Positions 49,061-58,840 of a stretch of DNA of 64,000 nucleotides are shown here, one piece after another. The notes beneath the pieces were generated by a model. The model was not told the origin of the DNA. It was given only the letters and a program-made list of their open reading frames with translations, and made no database searches. Made by a program: the position numbers and the translations under genes. This DNA comes from Kiritimatiellia bacterium (GTDB taxonomy: Bacteria > Verrucomicrobiota > Kiritimatiellia > RFP12 > UBA1067). Position 1 is the first letter of the stretch; every line of letters starts with the position of its first letter. The stretch lies in contig JBMNFY010000010.1 of NCBI GenBank assembly GCA_050949565.1, positions 96,001 through 160,000 of the forward strand, written 5' to 3'.

Positions 49061-49241
49061 CCTTGCCTATAACTTGAACTCAGAACGTCGAACTCAGAAC
49101 GCTGAACTCAGAAGTAGAAAATGCCTTGCCTATAACTTGGATGTTTTGCCGCAGTTACCCCATGGTTTTTTCGCGGCGAAGCCGCGCGGCAGGCTAACTC
49201 CTAACTCCTAACTCCTAACTCCTAAATCCTAACTCCTAACT
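49061..49241. repeat. heptamer arrays (AACTCAG-type and AACTCCT-type) with a 16-bp direct repeat
   Basis: CCTTGCCTATAACTTG at 49061 and 49124 brackets one array; (AACTCCT)n at 49196-49241. Confidence 0.8.
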
Positions 49242-49247
49242 GCCTCA

Positions 49248-50825
49248 CTACTTCGCAAACTCGACACAGCGCTTCTCGCGCACCACCACGACCTTGATCT
49301 GACCGGGGAACTGCATCGTCGAGGAGATCTGCTGACTGATCTCGCGCGCCATCAGCATCGCATCATTATCGCTCACTTCGTCGGGCTCGACAATCACGCG
49401 CACCTCGCGGCCGGCCTGCACAGCGAAGGTCTTTTTGACCCCCTCGAAGCTGTTGGCAATCGCTTCCAACTTCTCCAGCCGCTGCACGTACACACCCATG
49501 GTTTCTGAACGGGCGCCCGGACGTGCACTTGAGATCGCATCGGCCGCCGCGCACAACACGCCGTAAATCCCCTCGGCTGGCACATCCTCGTGATGCGCGG
49601 CGACGCCGTTGACCACCTCTGGTGCCTCGCCATGCTGCTTGAGAAACTCCGCGCCGATCACCGCATGCGCACCCTGCGTTTCATGGTCCAGCGCCTTGCC
49701 GATGTCGTGGAAGAACCCCACGCGACGCGCGATCGCCGGGTCCGCGCCCATCTCCGCCGCCAGCATGCCCATCAGGTGAGCGACCTCAACCGAGTGCCGC
49801 AGGACGTTCTGTGTGAAGCTGGTACGGAACTTGAGACGTCCCACGCAGCGCAACAGCTCATTGGGCACCCCCTGCACCTGCGCCTCGTAAGCGGCCGCTT
49901 CACCCGCCTCGAAAATGGTCTTATCCATGCTTTCAGACACATTCTGCACAACCTCTTCGATGCGGGCTGGATGGATGCGCCCGTCTGACACGAGTTGTTC
50001 GAGCGCTTGTCGCGCGATCTCGCGCCGTATCGGGTCAAAGCCGGAGATGACGACCGCCTCCGGCGTGTCATCGATCAGCATGGTGACGCCCGTGACGGCT
50101 TCGAGTGTCCGGATATTGCGTCCTTCGCGTCCGATGATGCGTCCCTTGACGTCATCGCTCGGCAGCGGCACCGTGCAGGTCATCATCTCGCCGGCGTGTG
50201 CCAGGGCGAATCGTTGTACGGCGGTCGCAACGATGCGGGCGGCCTCGCGGTCCGCTATTTCCTTGGCCTCTTCCTGCGCGCGGCGGATCAAGCTACCTGC
50301 TTCGCTGCGGAACTCCTGTTCAGCATTCTGGCGTACCTCTTTGCGGGCTTCTTCGTGCGTCATTCCGGCCAATTTCTGTAAGCGTTGTTCTGCTTCGGCC
50401 CAGCGTTTATCCGCCTCGGCGCGGCGGTTTTGCGCATCCTCCGTCCGGCGCTGCGCCTCTTCCTGTTTCTGTGTGACGGCCTGCTCCTTCTTCTCCAGCA
50501 GGATCGCTTTTTTATCCATGTTTTCTTCACGGATCGTCAGGCGCTCCTCGATGTCTTGCAACTCCCTACGGCGGGCCTTGGTGCTCTTTTCAAACTCCTC
50601 ACGCGCCTTGACGACTTCCGCGCGCGCCAGAATATCGGCCTCTTTCAGCCGATTCCTGACCTCGCTCTCCGCCTCTGCCAGCCTGAGCTGCGCCTGTTTC
50701 TCAATGGCGTCCGCCTGCCAACGGCCGACCAGTCCACGCAATGCATATCCGCCAAGCATGCCGGCCAGCCCGAACAAGAGTCCGACCGTGGCATCGCTCA
50801 CATCGTACCACGTAAAGTTTGTCAT
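49248..50825 (-). CDS. rny: ribonuclease Y
   Basis: TM, coiled-coil, KH (KGRIIGREGRNIR), HD (FHDIGKA), ADAISSARPGAR. Confidence 0.96.
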   Translation of the reverse strand: MTNFTWYDVSDATVGLLFGLAGMLGGYALRGLVGRWQADAIEKQAQLRLAEAESEVRNRLKEADILARAEVVKAREEFEKSTKARRRELQDIEERLTIREENMDKKAILLEKKEQAVTQKQEEAQRRTEDAQNRRAEADKRWAEAEQRLQKLAGMTHEEARKEVRQNAEQEFRSEAGSLIRRAQEEAKEIADREAARIVATAVQRFALAHAGEMMTCTVPLPSDDVKGRIIGREGRNIRTLEAVTGVTMLIDDTPEAVVISGFDPIRREIARQALEQLVSDGRIHPARIEEVVQNVSESMDKTIFEAGEAAAYEAQVQGVPNELLRCVGRLKFRTSFTQNVLRHSVEVAHLMGMLAAEMGADPAIARRVGFFHDIGKALDHETQGAHAVIGAEFLKQHGEAPEVVNGVAAHHEDVPAEGIYGVLCAAADAISSARPGARSETMGVYVQRLEKLEAIANSFEGVKKTFAVQAGREVRVIVEPDEVSDNDAMLMAREISQQISSTMQFPGQIKVVVVREKRCVEFAK

Positions 50826-50991
50826 AACATGAATCCTAACGCGTTTCCGCCTATTACCGTCCACATCCGCGACCGCACAAGCATCGGCACAACCGGTCAC
50901 GGGTCCATTCACACACGATCTTAACCTTTTTAACGCGCCGCTTCAACCCCATCTGTATTGACTTCCCGGCCGAAAATGCGACAATCAACAC

Positions 50992-51867
50992 ATGAAAACC
51001 GTGTTTATTTCCTTGTTGATCGCCGTTGGATTCTTGGCTGCTCCTTCCGTTTCCGCGCAGGCACCGAACCAAGACGAAGCCAAACGGGGTGCCATCGATT
51101 GGCAGCCGACGAAGACCGATACCTGGAAGCGTTTCACGCGCCACCACTTCACGGTGGACGGCAAGTCGTGCTGGGTGGCGGTTCCGCCCAGTCCACGCTC
51201 CGGTAATCCGTGGGTCTGGTGCATGGAGTTCCCCACGGCATTTGACGACCGCACCGGCGTCGTGCCGCTGGTGGAGAACGGCTTCTACTACGCCTACATG
51301 AACGTCGGCAACACCTTCGGCAGTCCGGCTGCGCAGGAGCATTTCGACCGCTTTTATGAGCACATGACCGCGAAGGGGCTCAGTCCGCGTGTCTCGCTGA
51401 TCGGTGTCAGCCGCGGCGGTCTCTACGCATACCGGTTTGCCTCCCGCAACCCCGCGCGCGTTGTCTGCATCTATGGCGATGCGCCGGTCTGCGACTTCAA
51501 AAGCTGGCCTGGCGGCAAGGGTAAAGGTAAGGGCAGCAGTGGTGACTGGCAAAGCCTACTGAAACACTACGGTTTCAAGGACGAGGCGGAAGCTCTGGCG
51601 TATCCCGGTAATCCGGTTGACACCCTTGCGCCCTTGGCCGCAGCCAACATCCCGTTGATTCATGTAGTCGGCGACACCGATGACGTTGTGCCGGTCGAAG
51701 AGAACACGGCGGTGATCGAGCAGCGTTACAAGGCTTTGGGCGGCACGATCACTGTCTTCCACAAGCCTGGCGTGGGTCATCATCCGCACGGCCTTGATGA
51801 TCCCGCGCCTGTGGCCGAGTTGATCCAGACCTACACGACGCGCCGGGATACCGAGAAACGTCAGTGA
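50992..51867 (+). CDS. secreted alpha/beta hydrolase (esterase)
   Basis: Signal peptide, GVSRGG nucleophile motif, GDTDDVVP, GHHPHG. Confidence 0.85.
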   Translation: MKTVFISLLIAVGFLAAPSVSAQAPNQDEAKRGAIDWQPTKTDTWKRFTRHHFTVDGKSCWVAVPPSPRSGNPWVWCMEFPTAFDDRTGVVPLVENGFYYAYMNVGNTFGSPAAQEHFDRFYEHMTAKGLSPRVSLIGVSRGGLYAYRFASRNPARVVCIYGDAPVCDFKSWPGGKGKGKGSSGDWQSLLKHYGFKDEAEALAYPGNPVDTLAPLAAANIPLIHVVGDTDDVVPVEENTAVIEQRYKALGGTITVFHKPGVGHHPHGLDDPAPVAELIQTYTTRRDTEKRQ

Positions 51868-53249
51868 CGCAAAGCAACACCGACATCTTGCTGGTGGGCG
51901 TGAATGCGCGTTACAGCCATTGCGCGTTCGCCGCGCGATCGCTGATCGCCAATCTGGGTGCGCTCGCACCGCGCGCCAGTCTGTTGGAGTGTGATCTGGA
52001 GATCACGCCGCTGCAGCTTGCACAGCGCATCCTTGCTTATTCGCCGCGCGTGGTCAGCTTCACAACCTACCTTTGGAACGTGCGCCTCGTCGAGGCGACC
52101 GCGCGCATCCTGCGCAGGGTATCGCCCGGCGTGCGCCTTGTAGCCGGCGGTCCTGAGCTTACCGCCGACTACCCGCACACCGACCTGTTCGACACCGTGA
52201 TCGTAGGGGAGGGGGAATCCGCCTTCCGCGCCTTCTGTGAAAGTGTGCTGACTGACGATGACGAATCCCCGTTCCCTGCTGTCGTGATCAAGGATACGGG
52301 AGAAAACCCCGCCACCCTCGCGCTGCCTTACGATCTCTACACCGACACCGACCTCGCCCAACGTACGGTTTATGTTGAGACGAGCCGCGGCTGCCCATTC
52401 TCCTGCGCTTACTGCACGTCGGCTGGCACCGGCCTCCGCCTGCTCCCGCTCTCGCGCCTGCTACCCGCCTTTGACCGACTCTGGCAGCGTGGTCTGCGTC
52501 AGTTCAAGTTTCTTGACCGTAGTTTCAATGCACCGGTCGCACACGCCTGCGCGGTACTCGACTTTTTCCTCGACCGCGTCACCGACGATACCCGCCTGCA
52601 TCTAGAAATCCAAGCCGATTGCCTGCACCCGGATGTGCTCAAGCGACTGACCGCTTTCCCAAACGAGACCCTGCATCTCGAAGTCGGTGTCCAGACCTTG
52701 ACCCCGCACGTCGCAGCCACGATCGGTCGCAGTCCCGACACCGCGCACACGCTTGAAAATGTACGCGTCTTGACGCAAGAGACCGGCGCGACGGTTCATG
52801 CCGACCTGATTTTTGGATTGCCCGGCGAGGACGAGGCGGCCTTCGCGCGCAGCTTCAACAAACTGGTCACCGTCTGCGCTCCCCCCAAAGTGCAGGTCAA
52901 CTTGCTGAAAGGCCTGCCGGGCACGCGTTTCGTGCGCGAGGCGCAACGCTTCGGCCTCGTCTTCAACCCCGAACCGCCTTACGAACTGCTGTACTCTGAC
53001 GCGATGGACTTTGCAACGCTCGCGCGAGTCCAGCGTTTCGCGCGTTGCTGGGAGTTGGTACACAACCGCGGCCACTTCGGCGAGGCGTGCCGTCGCCTGC
53101 GCATGCTGGCCGACGGCGATCCCTACGCCTGCTATCAGGCGTTGACCGACCATCTGAGCGCGGCCGAAGGCAAGCTCTTCGCTATTGCGCGTGCGCGTCT
53201 CGCCGTCCTGCTGGATGACTTTCTCTCCGCCCAATCCCATGAGTGTTGA
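51864..53249 (+). CDS. B12-binding domain radical SAM protein
   Basis: ETSRGCPFSCAYC, FKFLDRSFN, EVGVQT, HADLIFGLPGE. Confidence 0.9.
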   Translation: MTQSNTDILLVGVNARYSHCAFAARSLIANLGALAPRASLLECDLEITPLQLAQRILAYSPRVVSFTTYLWNVRLVEATARILRRVSPGVRLVAGGPELTADYPHTDLFDTVIVGEGESAFRAFCESVLTDDDESPFPAVVIKDTGENPATLALPYDLYTDTDLAQRTVYVETSRGCPFSCAYCTSAGTGLRLLPLSRLLPAFDRLWQRGLRQFKFLDRSFNAPVAHACAVLDFFLDRVTDDTRLHLEIQADCLHPDVLKRLTAFPNETLHLEVGVQTLTPHVAATIGRSPDTAHTLENVRVLTQETGATVHADLIFGLPGEDEAAFARSFNKLVTVCAPPKVQVNLLKGLPGTRFVREAQRFGLVFNPEPPYELLYSDAMDFATLARVQRFARCWELVHNRGHFGEACRRLRMLADGDPYACYQALTDHLSAAEGKLFAIARARLAVLLDDFLSAQSHEC

Positions 53250-53997
53250 ATCCATTACGCCTTACAGCAGTGGCGAACGCAAGCGCGAGCAGATCACGCA
53301 AGCCTTCGATGTGATTGCACACCGCTACGACCGTCTTAACCGCATTCTTTCGTTCGGCATCGATAGCGGTTGGCGGCGGCGTGCGTTGCGTCTGCTCGTA
53401 CAAGATCAACCACCGCCGGAGCGTATACTGGATGTTGCGACGGGAACGGCGGATTTCGCGATCCTCGCCGCACGCCGTCTGCCGCGCGCCCACATCACGG
53501 GCATTGATCTGTCGGCGGGCATGCTGGCGACAGGCCGTGCAAAAATCGAACGTGCGAAATTGTGTGACCGTATTGATTTGGTACACGGGGACTGTCTGGA
53601 ACTGCCGTTTGCGGATGGCTCGTTTGATGCGGTGACCGTTGCCTTCGGCGTGCGCAATTTTGAAAACATCGCGGCGGGGCTGGCAGAGATGCGCCGCGTG
53701 CTCGCGCCGGGCGGATGCGTTGTGATCCTTGAACTTTCACAGCCTGAGCGTATGCCGATGCGCGCACTCTTCCGGCTCTACCTCAGGGGCGTCATGCCGC
53801 TGCTCGGGCGTCTCTTCTCAGGACACGTACAAGAGTACCGCTATCTGCCGGCTTCGATCGAACAGGTGCCGCAAGGCCAAGTTATGCTGGATTTGCTGTG
53901 CGCGGCTGGCTTTGACGCCTGCCACAGCACGTGTTATACCTTCGGCATCTGCTCGTGCTACACCGGGAAAAACCATGAGACACCTGAAGTCTCATGA
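53239..53997 (+). CDS. menG: demethylmenaquinone / ubiquinone methyltransferase
   Basis: FDVIAHRYDRLNRILSFGID..WR, LDVATGTAD, VAFGVRN, YRYLP.SI. Confidence 0.9.
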   Translation: MSVESITPYSSGERKREQITQAFDVIAHRYDRLNRILSFGIDSGWRRRALRLLVQDQPPPERILDVATGTADFAILAARRLPRAHITGIDLSAGMLATGRAKIERAKLCDRIDLVHGDCLELPFADGSFDAVTVAFGVRNFENIAAGLAEMRRVLAPGGCVVILELSQPERMPMRALFRLYLRGVMPLLGRLFSGHVQEYRYLPASIEQVPQGQVMLDLLCAAGFDACHSTCYTFGICSCYTGKNHETPEVS

Positions 53998-54131
53998 AAC
54001 CTCGGTTTCATTCTGGGTGTTTTGGGTAGCTGGGATTCAACGAAGTTGAATCGCATCAGCCAATCTTTCGCCTTGCGAATGATGCGCATATCTGATTAAC
54101 TATGCGCGTTTTCGAGCGGAAGTGAACGCGA

Positions 54132-54911
54132 ATGAGTGAAACCGCAACCAAAGAGTTGGCCGAAGTCCGCTGGCGCAAGCTTCGCGACCTCGTGCATGAA
54201 CACGGCATCCTGCGCGTGGAGGAGTTGGCCGCAGAGCTAGGGGTCTCAGCCGCCACGGTGCGGCGTGATTTGGCCGCGCTCGAGGCCTCCGGTGAGTTGC
54301 GCCGCATCCATGGCGGTGCCATGGCACCGGAACGGTGCGCTGCGGAACCGTTGTTCGACGATAAGACCGCTATGGCCGCGCCGGAGAAACAACGCATCGC
54401 CGAAGCCGCCCTCACGCTTGTTGGCCCGCGTGATGTCATCTATCTCGACGGTGGCAGTACGACCGTCGCGCTGGCGCGCTTACTCATTCCGTTCAAGCAG
54501 TTGACCGTCGTTACCAACTCGTTGCGCGTGGCGCAGGTTTTCAGTAACGGCGGTCCCCGCATGATCCTGACCGGCGGCGAGTGTCGCTTGCTCAGCCAGA
54601 CGTTCGTCGGGCCGCTCACGCGCGCGGTGCTGGATCAGATGCATCTCGATATCGCTTTTATGGGCACCATCGGTGTTTCGGTCCAGCAGGGTATGACCAC
54701 CACCGATCCAGCCGAGGCTTTCACCAAAGAGCAGGCGATGGCGCGCGCCTCACGCATCGTGCTGCTGGCCGACAGTACGAAGTTCGGTAAGACGAGCTTC
54801 GTGAGATTCGGTACGATCGACCAGATTTCTACCGTGATCACAGACAAACAGATGCCGACCGCTGAGCGGAAGGCGTTCCAACGCGCCGGAGTCGATACCA
54901 TTCTTGTTTAA
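54132..54911 (+). CDS. DeoR/GlpR family transcriptional regulator
   Basis: LGVSAATVRRDL, RIHGGA, LDGGSTT, VVTNS, DSTKFG. Confidence 0.93.
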   Translation: MSETATKELAEVRWRKLRDLVHEHGILRVEELAAELGVSAATVRRDLAALEASGELRRIHGGAMAPERCAAEPLFDDKTAMAAPEKQRIAEAALTLVGPRDVIYLDGGSTTVALARLLIPFKQLTVVTNSLRVAQVFSNGGPRMILTGGECRLLSQTFVGPLTRAVLDQMHLDIAFMGTIGVSVQQGMTTTDPAEAFTKEQAMARASRIVLLADSTKFGKTSFVRFGTIDQISTVITDKQMPTAERKAFQRAGVDTILV

Positions 54912-54940
54912 CCCCACACTAACCGAAAGACACGATCATT

Positions 54941-57238
54941 ATGAGTACGAACAACTACCTCAGCACGCTGAAACCGAAGTTCAAGCCGACCGTCCACTCG
55001 CTCGGCAAGATCCCCGCCTACCAGTACAAGGGTTCACTGAAAGAGGAACTCGCCGCTGGCACCCTCACGCCCGCTCAGACTGTCGATGTGTTGGAAGACA
55101 TGTTGATGATCCGCGAGTTTGAAGAGATGATCGTCAAGCTGCGCTCCGGCGCGTACGATGCTTGCAAAGGCTATCAGTACCGCGGTCCCACGCACGTCTC
55201 GATCGGACAGGAAGCCACATCCGTCGGTTGCTGCGCGGCGATGCGCTATGACGACCAGATCACCTCGACCCACCGCGGTCACGGCGATTCACTGGCCAAA
55301 GGGTGCGCCGCCATCCGCGGCATGAGCGTGGACGAGTTGAAGGCCCGTATTCCGGATTGCAAAGCTGCCAAGCGCAAAGAGCTGATTGAAGCCGCCCTGG
55401 AAGATCACGTCTACCGGGCGATCGCTGAGCTGTTCGGCAAAGAGGACGGCTACTGCAAGGGGCGCGGCGGCGGCATGCACATCGCGGATTTCTCGGCCGG
55501 CCACCTTGGCGCTAACGCGATCGTCGGCGGCGGCGTGCCGATCGCCACCGGTTCAGCGATCAGCTCGCGCTACTTCAAGAATGGCAAGGTCACCTGTTGC
55601 TTCGCGGGCGACGGCGCTTACGCCAACGGCGTCGTGCTGGAGTCGCTCAACTGGGCTGCCATGGGTCAGTTCGCCAATCCTGACTACACCAAGGAGCCTT
55701 TCGGTCTGCCTATTGTCTATGCCATCATCAACAACCACTATGGCTTTACCGGGCGCACGGACGGCGAGGTTTCGGGCACCGCCACGGTTGCGCGTCGCGC
55801 GGCTGGCTTCGCGGACAACAACATGCACGCCGAGGTGATTAACGGCATGGATATTCTTGCCTGCATGGACGCCATGCGCCGCGCAGCCGAGCTGTGCCGC
55901 AAGGGCGAAGGTCCCGTGTTGCTGGAGTTCGACACCTACCGTAACTACGGCCATTCGCTCGGCGACCCGCGTAACGAATACCGCACTAAAGAGGAAGAGG
56001 CCGCATGGAAGGCGCTCGACCCGATCGCGAACTTCGAGCAGCAGATGCTCGACAACGGCTGCATCACGCCCAAGAAGCTCGCCGATCTCAAAGCCAAGGT
56101 GGCTGACCGCAATGCCCGCATGGCAGCCAAGGCCGCGTGGTCACAGGATCCCGATCCGGCCGACGTGATCAAATACATGTACACCGACACCCGCGTGGAC
56201 ACGGTGCCCGAGGAGTTCGCCACCGTCAAGCCCGTGGGCGAGTTGCCTGTGATCAAGCGCACTGAAGACGGCCAGATCACCTACAAGGACGCGATCAAGG
56301 AAGCGATGATCGAAGAGATGCTGCGCGACAGCCGCGTGGTGCAATGGGGCGAGGACATCGCCGAGTACGGCGGCGCCTTCAAGGTCACCAAGGGGCTGAC
56401 CGAGGCTTTTGGTCGTGACCGCGTCTTCAATGCGCCGATTTCGGAAGCCTGCATCTGCGGCACGGCGGTCGGTGCGTCCATGACCGGCCTGCGTCCGGTG
56501 GTCGAGCTGATGTATATGGACTTTGGCCTGATGGCCTCCGACCAGATTTCCAATCAGGCGGCCAAATGGCACTACATGTCCGGTGCCAGCATTGAGGTGC
56601 CGCTGGTCATCCGCGCCTCGGTCGGCGGTGGCAAGGGCTACGGCGGCCAGCACTCCCAGACGCTGGAGTCAATGTTCGCCCACATTCCGGGGCTTTACGT
56701 CGTCTATCCGGCCACGCCCTACGATGCCAAAGGCATGCTGAAGAGCGCGATCCGCGACAACAATCCGGTTCTCTTCGTTGAGTCGCAGATCATGTACAAC
56801 TACAAAGGCGTGGTGCCGGCGGAAGAGTACCTGATCCCGCTGGGCAAGGCCGATGTCAAACGCGCCGGCGATAAGGTTTCGATCATCACGTGGGGGCCGA
56901 TGCTCTACGAGGCGCTGAAGGCGGCGGACACGCTCGCTGCGCAGGATATCTCAGCCGAGGTTGTCGACATCCGCTCACTGGTGCCGCTGGACATCGAGAC
57001 GATCCTCGCCTCGGTGCGCAAGACCGGCCGCTGCGTGGTTGCCAGCCATTGTGTCGACATCGGTAGCTACACCGGCGAGATCGCGTCGCGTATCATGGCC
57101 GAAGCCTTTGATTCGTTGGACGCTCCGGTTCTGCGCGTCGGTGCCAAGAACGGCATCGCGCCGCAGGCCTATTCGCTGGAAGACGCCTTCCTGCCGCATG
57201 ACCGCGACATCGTCGCCGCAGTGAACCAGCTTCTCTAA
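54941..57238 (+). CDS. fused alpha/beta E1 component of a ThDP-dependent 2-oxoacid/acetoin dehydrogenase
   Basis: GQEA, STHRGHG, GGGMH, GDGA...NN, then GEDI, PISE, GLRPVVE, QHSQ. Confidence 0.9.
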   Translation: MSTNNYLSTLKPKFKPTVHSLGKIPAYQYKGSLKEELAAGTLTPAQTVDVLEDMLMIREFEEMIVKLRSGAYDACKGYQYRGPTHVSIGQEATSVGCCAAMRYDDQITSTHRGHGDSLAKGCAAIRGMSVDELKARIPDCKAAKRKELIEAALEDHVYRAIAELFGKEDGYCKGRGGGMHIADFSAGHLGANAIVGGGVPIATGSAISSRYFKNGKVTCCFAGDGAYANGVVLESLNWAAMGQFANPDYTKEPFGLPIVYAIINNHYGFTGRTDGEVSGTATVARRAAGFADNNMHAEVINGMDILACMDAMRRAAELCRKGEGPVLLEFDTYRNYGHSLGDPRNEYRTKEEEAAWKALDPIANFEQQMLDNGCITPKKLADLKAKVADRNARMAAKAAWSQDPDPADVIKYMYTDTRVDTVPEEFATVKPVGELPVIKRTEDGQITYKDAIKEAMIEEMLRDSRVVQWGEDIAEYGGAFKVTKGLTEAFGRDRVFNAPISEACICGTAVGASMTGLRPVVELMYMDFGLMASDQISNQAAKWHYMSGASIEVPLVIRASVGGGKGYGGQHSQTLESMFAHIPGLYVVYPATPYDAKGMLKSAIRDNNPVLFVESQIMYNYKGVVPAEEYLIPLGKADVKRAGDKVSIITWGPMLYEALKAADTLAAQDISAEVVDIRSLVPLDIETILASVRKTGRCVVASHCVDIGSYTGEIASRIMAEAFDSLDAPVLRVGAKNGIAPQAYSLEDAFLPHDRDIVAAVNQLL

Positions 57239-57271
57239 TCACGGAAACGAACGGACCTGTTTAGAGTCGAA

Positions 57272-57308
57272 CGGGATGGCGGAATATTCGCCATCCCCTT
57301 TTTTTTTG
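57272..57308 (+). terminator. intrinsic terminator
   Basis: GGGATGGCG-gaatatt-CGCCATCCC followed by a long T tract. Confidence 0.88.
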
Positions 57309-57445
57309 TTTTGTGAGAACGCCGAATGTCGAACGTCAAACATCGAACACAGAAGTGTTAAACTTGAAGCTAGGAACCCTCTTCATCTCATTATTGCATC
57401 TGTGCGGCAGACGTGCTACGGTCTAGCGATGAAGGAGGAGCAGTC

Positions 57446-57859
57446 ATGTCCCTGACACGTTTCAGCGTCTCGTTGGAAGAGTCGCTCATGCGGCAGTTCG
57501 ATGCGAAAATCAAGGCGGAGCGTTGTCCGACCCGCTCGAAGGCGGTCGGCGACCTGATCCGCGCCAGTCTGGTGCAGACCGAGTGGCAGGACGGAGAAGA
57601 GGTGGCTGGCGCGATCGTGCTGGTCTACGACCACCACACCAGCAACATTGTTAAAATCCTCACGCAGGTTCAGCACGACCACCACACGGCGATCATCTCG
57701 ACGCAGCATGTGCATCTCGATCATCACAACTGCCTAGAGATCATCGCCGTGCGCGGCCAACCTTCCGAAATCCACACGCTGCTCAACCGCCTCAAAGCCA
57801 TCAAAGGGCTCAAGCATGTGTCGCTGGCGGCCGGGACGACGGGCGAGCGGCTTGTGTAG
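57446..57859 (+). CDS. nikR: nickel-responsive transcriptional regulator
   Basis: RFSVSL, TRSKAVGDLIR, VYDHH, HVHLDHHNCLE. Confidence 0.93.
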   Translation: MSLTRFSVSLEESLMRQFDAKIKAERCPTRSKAVGDLIRASLVQTEWQDGEEVAGAIVLVYDHHTSNIVKILTQVQHDHHTAIISTQHVHLDHHNCLEIIAVRGQPSEIHTLLNRLKAIKGLKHVSLAAGTTGERLV

Positions 57860-57914
57860 TGAACAGACAATATAATAACGGGCTGGGCGGAAACAATTTG
57901 TGATTTGAGATTGG

Positions 57915-58310
57915 AGCCCTTGGCGGTCGCACGTCGCGGGTCACGAGTCAACCCCTCTTATTGCGACCACGTAGTGGCTCGCAATCTTGAGAGCAAAAGC
58001 ATTGCTCGGTTTTTATTTTGGAGTGCGAGTGACAAGAGCCGCGCTGTGCGCGGGTCGCGGCACCGCTTTCCGGTCCGTCCACGCTAAAGCGGCGTCGCGC
58101 GGAATACCGCTTGCCGCCGCTCCAAATCATTTGCCAGACTTGCGAGCATCTTAAATTGAGTTGTGGGCTCCGCCTGCAGGAGTTCGTTAGTGCATGAGCG
58201 TTGAGCGCAGAGCCAAAGCCCCGGAGTGGCGGCTTCACCTTAGCCCAGGGTAAGCGGAACGCCGCCTTGGGTCTGGGTCACGCCAACATTCGTGGCCTGA
58301 AGGGCCACTT
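57915..58310. repeat. cluster of several REP-like palindromes
   Basis: ttgcgaccacgtagtggctcgcaa; ttggagtgc...ccgcttt / aaagcgg...gctccaa; agcccaggg...ccttggg..ggcctgaagggcc. Confidence 0.5.
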
Positions 58311-58391
58311 CAAAAAACGAGCCACGTGGGGATCTGTTATATTCCTGTTAAATCGGTATTAGACGACTAAAGGGACAGGTGTTTGGACGAC

Positions 58392-58600
58392 TCATGGAGA
58401 ATCCTTGGTCTTTGCCTCTTGCAATTGCAAGATGAAGCGGTCGTAGTCCGACAGGAAGAGTTTGTCTTGGAGATTGTAGTGATCCACTGAACGTGTGACT
58501 TGGCGTCCACCTTCCTACTGAACTATTCGAAATTTTCGAATAGTTGCCTCTGGTAGCAATTCGAGGCTCTCGAATATCTTCTTGATGTGATAATTGACGT
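58392..58600 (-). pseudogene. internally deleted RhuM-family remnant
   Basis: VNYHIKKIFESLELLPEATIRKFRIVQ*EGGRQVTRSVDHYNLQ joined in frame to DKLFLSDYDRF...*. Confidence 0.7.
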
Positions 58601-58840
58601 CTAAATACCTGTCCTTAGTCGCGCTCAGCTTTGTGACCACTTGGTGATCACAAAAAGTTAGACAACCAAGGGATGGGTAATTTGAAGCGCCCGCTGCCCA
58701 CTGCTCACTGCCCATTACCTATTACTTCTTACCTCTTACCTCTTACTTCCAACCGCGTGGTCCGCGGTGAAATTGTTCTCGTGACTGACACGGGGTGCAA
58801 AGTATGCTACAGTGTGCCGTCACGGAAGGAAAACTAGGTC

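Noticed and set aside
50826-50940. Possible structured RNA upstream of rny
   Set aside because: Only one modest stem is visible and no 6S or riboswitch motif could be recognised
12523-58517. In-frame stops (TAA 12523, TAA 20943, TGA 45790, TAG 58515) as evidence of stop-codon recoding
   Set aside because: All three stop codons end conserved genes normally in this window, and the affected genes have other lesions or lost partners
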